A DNA stretch of 32,000 bases. It comes from Acaryochloris thomasi RCC1774 (lineage in GTDB: Bacteria > Cyanobacteriota > Cyanobacteriia > Thermosynechococcales > Thermosynechococcaceae). This document shows positions 27,763 to 32,000 of this stretch, piece by piece. A program made the position numbers and the translations under genes. Within the stretch, counting starts at the first letter, position 1; every line of letters begins with the position of its first letter. A model generated the notes under the pieces. That model saw only the letters and a program-made list of their open reading frames with translations. It did no database searches and was not told the origin of the DNA. Location of the stretch: the NCBI RefSeq assembly GCF_003231495.1, contig NZ_PQWO01000020.1, positions 35,624 to 67,623 of the forward strand, written 5' to 3'.

Positions 27763-28355
27763 ATCTGTCCCTCCGTCGGCATTTTGGGTGGGGGAGACGC
27801 ATCGGAGGCCGCACCACTCTCAATCAGGCTCACCGGCAGTTCCGTCTGCAGAATTTCATATAGACGTCGAACGCGAGTTTGTAAATGATAGTCGGATGAA
27901 CTTTCGGGGGATATTTTCAATACGGTATGAATTTCTTTATTTATCAATGCCATATTTAAAGCCTGCGGATCGGCGTAGGGAACGGGTTCGAGACGCACAT
28001 GGTTCTTGCTCAAGAGGCTGCGGAGATGCGCAAGGATTTCTTTTTGGGAGTCTGGTGGCTCTGAGAGTGGGACCGGGGGCGCTGCACTCTCAGACTCTTC
28101 TCCCAAAATGCCAAGGCGCATACTCATAGAAGATCGCACGGCTACGGCGTATAGAGTAATGGACAACATGGTGCCCACCAGGGCTTCGGTGAGCGCAACA
28201 TCTGCGGCTCCGAAGAGGACGTAAACTAGGGCCGCGATGGCCCCCAGAATGCCGCGAATCACGAGGGCTTGATAGGGATTGACCTGGACAATCAGCAGGC
28301 AAGCGGTCAGGGGCAGGAGTGCCGCGATGGCAACAATGTGTAAATCTTCAGGCAT
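27759..28355 (-). CDS. mrpA: short MrpA-like subunit (DUF4040/MbhD-type membrane domain) with non-membrane C-terminal extension
   Basis: The first ~75 aa (NPYQALVIRGILGAIAALVYVLFGAADVALTEALVGTMLSITLYAV) match the DUF4040 pattern. The remaining ~120 aa are hydrophilic. 8-nt overlap with the mrpG stop. Confidence 0.7.
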   Translation of the reverse strand: MPEDLHIVAIAALLPLTACLLIVQVNPYQALVIRGILGAIAALVYVLFGAADVALTEALVGTMLSITLYAVAVRSSMSMRLGILGEESESAAPPVPLSEPPDSQKEILAHLRSLLSKNHVRLEPVPYADPQALNMALINKEIHTVLKISPESSSDYHLQTRVRRLYEILQTELPVSLIESGAASDASPPPKMPTEGQI

Positions 28356-28623
28356 CTCGACCTCCGGTGGAGCAGTAGGCCAGTACGTATCCGAGGACGG
28401 TATTCCAGATGGAGAGAGCGATCAACGCTAGCACCAGCAGCGGCCACTCACGGGGGATTTTGAGCAAAAGACCCACAATCATGAGCATGGAGCCGAGGGT
28501 GTCGGCAACGGAGAGGCTGTGGAGTTTAAAGAGGACGGAGCGATCGCCCAGCAACGGCCACGTGCCCCAAAACCAGAAGACTAGGCCCAGCCCGATACAG
28601 AAATAGCTAAAAATATCAATCAT
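28348..28623 (-). CDS. mrpG: Mrp antiporter subunit G
   Basis: MIDIFSYFCIGLGLVFWFWGTWPLLGDRSVLFKLHSLSVADTLG aligns with the MnhG N-terminus (..G..G..R.PD...R.H.....T.G). The track start at 28713 adds 30 residues that are translated from a G/C-run repeat, so I prefer the ATG at 28623. Confidence 0.7.
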   Translation of the reverse strand: MIDIFSYFCIGLGLVFWFWGTWPLLGDRSVLFKLHSLSVADTLGSMLMIVGLLLKIPREWPLLVLALIALSIWNTVLGYVLAYCSTGGRDA

Positions 28624-28677
28624 TAAATGTCTTATGTCTATTGTTTTTTGTCTTGCAATGTCTGTAAGCTTCTGTGG

Positions 28678-28698
28678 CCCTCCCCCCACCAGCCCCCC
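28678..28698. repeat. G/C-run repeat fragment in the mrpF-mrpG spacer
   Basis: ccctccccccaccagcccccc is the reverse complement of ggggggctggtggggggaggg. It resembles ggggggctgggaggg at 5181-5195. Confidence 0.5.
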
Positions 28699-28705
28699 AG
28701 AACGT

Positions 28706-28954
28706 TCATTCATTCACTCGCTTAAGGACGTGGGCCAGTAGCATCAGAGAAGCATTACCGACGCTTAAGATCAGAACTCCGACCACACCAATCATCCAGT
28801 CATCGCGGACGACCGAAAGCACCAAAATCATCATCGAAGTCTTGGTGGCAATGCTGGCAAAGGCCAAAACCTTCTGCCAGATATCTTCATCTTGGCAAGC
28901 TTCGTAGATGGGAATCAGCAAAGCTGCAATCATTGCAATCAGAACTAGATTCAT
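28706..28954 (-). CDS. mrpF: Mrp antiporter subunit F
   Basis: 82 aa with three hydrophobic segments, in the position between E and G. 4-nt overlap with mrpE. Confidence 0.75.
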   Translation of the reverse strand: MNLVLIAMIAALLIPIYEACQDEDIWQKVLAFASIATKTSMMILVLSVVRDDWMIGVVGVLILSVGNASLMLLAHVLKRVNE

Positions 28955-29343
28955 GGTGCTCTCCTGCGACGGATGCGGTGGACTTCGTACCAGCCGTCAT
29001 CGTGGTACTTCACAACAATGGTTTTGGGGGTAAAGGTAATCAGGAAAATATCCAGAAAAATCAGTCCCGGCGTCCGCTGGGGCTTGACCCGCTCCATGAC
29101 AATTTCTTCCTCCGTGTGGGGACGCAGCATAATCTCAATGGCTTCTATATAGGCTTGGGGAATGGCGACTAGAATTTCCCCAAACGTTCGTAACCAGTCC
29201 TTCAGGACGGGAGAAATCGGGGTGAAACCCCACGGAATCAGGAGCGAGACCCCGACCCCGATCACAATGTTGCCGGGACTGACGTCAGCAGTCAGCAGAA
29301 ACCAGATGGTGAGCCGTAGGCATAAGTCTAAAATTCTAATCAT
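28951..29343 (-). CDS. mrpE: Mrp antiporter subunit E
   Basis: 130 aa. LCLRLTIWFLLTADVSPGNIVIGVGVSLLIP resembles the MnhE N-terminus. 4-nt overlap with the upstream mrpD. Confidence 0.75.
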   Translation of the reverse strand: MIRILDLCLRLTIWFLLTADVSPGNIVIGVGVSLLIPWGFTPISPVLKDWLRTFGEILVAIPQAYIEAIEIMLRPHTEEEIVMERVKPQRTPGLIFLDIFLITFTPKTIVVKYHDDGWYEVHRIRRRRAP

Positions 29344-30767
29344 GCTAGGGCCATCCAGAAGAGTAGAGTTAACACGATGCTCATGCTCCCGATCAGATGT
29401 TCAAATTCCTCGGCGACACGCGGCAACTTGAGCGTCAGTCGCCGCACAGCGACCCAATAGATCAGCCAGCCTACGCAGACTGTCCCTAGAGACTTAACGG
29501 CGTTGGCCATTGTGTAGGCGTCGAGATAGACGACATTGGCGAGCACGAGTCCCCCCAACAGCAGCAGAATTGCAGGCCAAAATCCGGGTTTAACCGTCTC
29601 CTCTCCGCCACGGGGGAGAAAAATAAACTTGGCAAAGGAAATGGCGGTGCCCACTGCCGCTAGATTCATGCCGATTACCTGCCAGGGCAAGAGCGCTTTC
29701 ATGGTTAAGACCTTGGCCCCAAAACCAGACAGGAGCGGCAAACCTGAGATGGAGAAACTTGCGATCGCCAATGCTCCCCAAACAGATATTGACAGCGGTA
29801 TCTTCTGCAGTTCCTTAAGGTTGCGACTGGGTAGATTACCTGCAATTAAAAACAGAGCAGATTTTACTAAACCGTGGGTCAAGGCGTAAAAGCCACCGAC
29901 TTCCGGTGCAGCCAACACAAAGCCCAATTGAGAAACGGTATGGAAGGCCAGCATGCGCTTACTATCTTTTTCAAAGACGGCATAGCCCACTCCCAACAGA
30001 GCAGTGCCGACCCCAAACAGGCGTACGATGGGATCCAGCTCTGGCACCATCAGGGCAAAGCGGATTAGCGGAAAAACACCCGTTTTGACAACTACGCCCG
30101 ACAACATCGCTGAAACGGGTGTCTCAGATTCTGAGTGGGTTAAGGGAAGCCACAACCCTGAGACAAAGATGCCGCCTTTGGTTAGTAGTCCGAGAAAGAT
30201 CAGGGCAACCGCCTCTGTAGGAGCTTGACCCAATCCTGCAAAGGCGAACGAGTGGGTGGCCTGGTACACCAGCAGCGCCCCAATCAGGTAAAACAGCATT
30301 GCTGTATTGCTAATAAAGAGGTAGCGCAGTCCAACCCAAATGGAGCGTTCTGTTCGGGGGTAGGCAATCAGCAAGAAGGCCACCACGCCGATCACTTCTA
30401 AAGCCACATAGAGACTGATGAAGTCGGCGCAAATAAAGACCGCATTGACGCTGCCGTGCAGGAGGATTGTCTGCATATAGAAAAAAGCTGATTTCTGACG
30501 CTGCCAGCAGTAAAGCAAAACGGCTGCGGTGACCAGGGCGTTGGTCAAAATGAAGTAGCCGCTCAGCGTGTCCGAAAGTAGGGTAACGCCAAAGTTGCCC
30601 AGAAGCTGGAGGTCAAGAGGGGATGGAGCAAAGATCCGCTGGAGACCATAAGCTGTGGAGAAGATAGGAATTGCGATCGCAAGCCATCGATCCAACTTCG
30701 GCAGCAGATAAATACTGAAGCCGATAAAAAAGGGCAGCGCGATCCAAACCAGCGTGACTGAACTCAT
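29340..30767 (-). CDS. mrpD: Mrp/NDH-type antiporter-like subunit, MrpD-like copy 1
   Basis: 475 aa and polytopic, with the same core motif LTKGGIFVSGLWLPLTHSESETPVSAMLSGVVVKTG. 4-nt overlap with mrpC. Confidence 0.85.
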   Translation of the reverse strand: MSSVTLVWIALPFFIGFSIYLLPKLDRWLAIAIPIFSTAYGLQRIFAPSPLDLQLLGNFGVTLLSDTLSGYFILTNALVTAAVLLYCWQRQKSAFFYMQTILLHGSVNAVFICADFISLYVALEVIGVVAFLLIAYPRTERSIWVGLRYLFISNTAMLFYLIGALLVYQATHSFAFAGLGQAPTEAVALIFLGLLTKGGIFVSGLWLPLTHSESETPVSAMLSGVVVKTGVFPLIRFALMVPELDPIVRLFGVGTALLGVGYAVFEKDSKRMLAFHTVSQLGFVLAAPEVGGFYALTHGLVKSALFLIAGNLPSRNLKELQKIPLSISVWGALAIASFSISGLPLLSGFGAKVLTMKALLPWQVIGMNLAAVGTAISFAKFIFLPRGGEETVKPGFWPAILLLLGGLVLANVVYLDAYTMANAVKSLGTVCVGWLIYWVAVRRLTLKLPRVAEEFEHLIGSMSIVLTLLFWMALA

Positions 30768-31102
30768 GGCGTATAGCTCTTCTCAATCTCGTTCGCCTCC
30801 AGCGTGGGATGCTCGCGCGACAGCTTCATCACCCCCACCAGCATCAGCGCCTGAATCGAGAAGCCAATCACAATCGCCGTTAAAATGACCGCCTGAGGCA
30901 CCGGATCTGCATAGGCCACGGGTTCCTTGTAGGCAATCGGCGTGAATAGCCCGCTCCGTGAGGAGACTAATACGTAGTAAGCGATCACGCCCGTACTCAT
31001 CACATCCATTGAGAGGATCTTCATGATCAGGTTTTTCTTGAGGATAATTCCGAAAAAACCCAGCAGAACGGTTGCGAAAACAAAGGCTTCTAAGATAGGC
31101 AT
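30764..31102 (-). CDS. mrpC: Mrp antiporter subunit C (NuoK-like)
   Basis: 112 aa with three TM segments. GFFGIILKKNLIMKILSMDVMSTGV resembles the MnhC/NuoK pattern. First gene of the operon. Confidence 0.8.
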   Translation of the reverse strand: MPILEAFVFATVLLGFFGIILKKNLIMKILSMDVMSTGVIAYYVLVSSRSGLFTPIAYKEPVAYADPVPQAVILTAIVIGFSIQALMLVGVMKLSREHPTLEANEIEKSYTP

Positions 31103-31249
31103 TGCTCTTTATACGGGTAGGACTAAGAAGATGTTTTGAAAGCAGTCAGTCGTGACACAAAGCACAAGGTTTTTACCCAGCTCTCCTGCTCAAAGCGACG
31201 GTGTATATGCAAGCATTAGGAGAATCTGAAAGTACTTCACTGGCCCTCG

Positions 31250-31311
31250 CCCCTGAGGGGAACGCCCCCAATCGTTGAGACTCTCCCCCCAGAATTGGGG
31301 GGTCGGGGGGG
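31250..31311. repeat. G/C-run hairpin repeats (cyanobacterial small dispersed repeat type)
   Basis: cccctgagggg (31250-31260), and cccccc-agaatt-gggggg (31285-31302) followed by tc-ggggggg. They lie in the 248-bp gap between the CPA2 gene and mrpC. Confidence 0.6.
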
Positions 31312-31350
31312 CGAATGCAGGAAGTAGATATGGCATCGGGGCTTTCCTCG

Positions 31351-32000
31351 TCACTCCACCACAGACACAGCAGCGTTTTCACCCTCTTCGCTATCACTCT
31401 CTTCAGGCGCGATGCTCTCCTGATCTTTCAGAGACAGCTGCAACAGGGGGGGAGCCAGAAAGGTCGTCAGAATAACCATCACAATAATGGCGGCTTCCAG
31501 CGGAGCGCTTAAGGCACCGCTGGCGGACCCAATACCTGCAAAGACCAGACCAACTTCACCCCGAGGAATCATGCCCACGCCAACGGCAAGTCGATTGATG
31601 CCTGGCTTACCAAAGATGGTCCAGCCTGTGACGACTTTCCCGACGATGGCAACGACGAGTAGAAAGGCCGCAATGACCAAACCCGCTCGGTTCTCAGGTA
31701 CGGTGGGGTTGAGTACGCCGAGGTTGGCTTTGGCACCAACTGTCACAAAAAAGATGGGCACTAAAATATCGGCAATAGGCATCACCTGCTGATCGAGTTC
31801 TTTGCGTTTGTCAGTTTCGTCTAGCACCAGACCGGCAGCAAAGGCTCCTAAGATTGCTTCTAAGTGAATGACACTGGCAAGGCAGGCCATCGCTAGGGCA
31901 AAGGTAAATGCAGGAACCAGTAAAGCCCCTCGGGTCTGGAGTTTATCTGCGATCGCAACAAAGCTCTGATTAAAAAACTTACCCAGCAAGATGGAACCCA
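31351..32000 (-). CDS. CPA2-type cation/H+ antiporter, N-terminal part outside window
   Basis: The frame stays open to the window edge. Polytopic. LEAILGAFAAGLVLDETDKRKELDQQVMPIADILVPIFFVTVGAKANL is typical of the Na+/H+ exchanger (Kef/NhaS-type) family. Stop at 31351-31353. Confidence 0.85.
   Translation of the reverse strand, partial: GSILLGKFFNQSFVAIADKLQTRGALLVPAFTFALAMACLASVIHLEAILGAFAAGLVLDETDKRKELDQQVMPIADILVPIFFVTVGAKANLGVLNPTVPENRAGLVIAAFLLVVAIVGKVVTGWTIFGKPGINRLAVGVGMIPRGEVGLVFAGIGSASGALSAPLEAAIIVMVILTTFLAPPLLQLSLKDQESIAPEESDSEEGENAAVSVVE

Noticed and set aside
28624-28713. Long N-terminal extension of MrpG giving an 8-nt overlap with mrpF
   Set aside because: The extension is translated from a G/C-run repeat and has no counterpart in MnhG proteins as I remember them. 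The ATG at 28623 is preferred, but the longer form cannot be excluded.
25628-30767. Recent duplication or gene conversion between the two mrpD-like genes
   Set aside because: The DNA differs at many synonymous sites even where the proteins are identical, and the longest perfect run seen is about 24 nt. The pattern fits an old duplication under purifying selection.
31173-31512. ORFs of 74, 66 and 65 aa around the CPA2/mrpC gap
   Set aside because: They are translations of the G/C-run repeats (PPILGGE-type pseudo-peptide) or antisense to the CPA2 gene end.

Overview
The window looks like a cyanobacterial chromosomal segment. I count 23 exact HIP1 octamers (GCGATCGC) by eye, and it carries an intact psbL, a DUF1830 gene and a cyanobacterial-type mrp operon. 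I call about 31 protein-coding genes. I found no rRNA, tRNA, CRISPR array, transposase, integrase or phage genes.

Bases 1-22,400 hold mixed-strand housekeeping, signalling and envelope genes:
- two PAS/HisKA sensor kinases
- a 1505-aa CheB-CheR-PAS-histidine kinase-receiver megaprotein
- a type IB topoisomerase
- a HAD hydrolase
- a patatin-like lipase
- a small outer-membrane barrel protein
- translationally coupled HtpX and DUF2993 genes
- a DJ-1/PfpI fusion protein
- an SDR oxidoreductase
- an AI-2E transporter
- a two-HKD phospholipase D/cardiolipin synthase-like enzyme
- two exported acidic repeat proteins

Bases 22,564-32,000 form one unbroken minus-strand block. It reads: CPA2 cation/H+ antiporter (partial), then an eight-gene Mrp-type antiporter operon with two closely related MrpD-like subunits in an unusual order, then an unknown gene, a cysteine-dioxygenase-family cupin and a glutathione-synthetase-like ATP-grasp ligase.

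The best candidates for something undescribed are:
- the cupin/ATP-grasp/unknown trio
- the rearranged mrp operon
- an orphan psbL (absent from the ORF track) that overlaps the ATP-grasp 3' end convergently
- a MITE-like element and a family of G/C-run hairpin repeats at four loci

All functional calls come from motifs read in the translations and from remembered family signatures. No database search was run.
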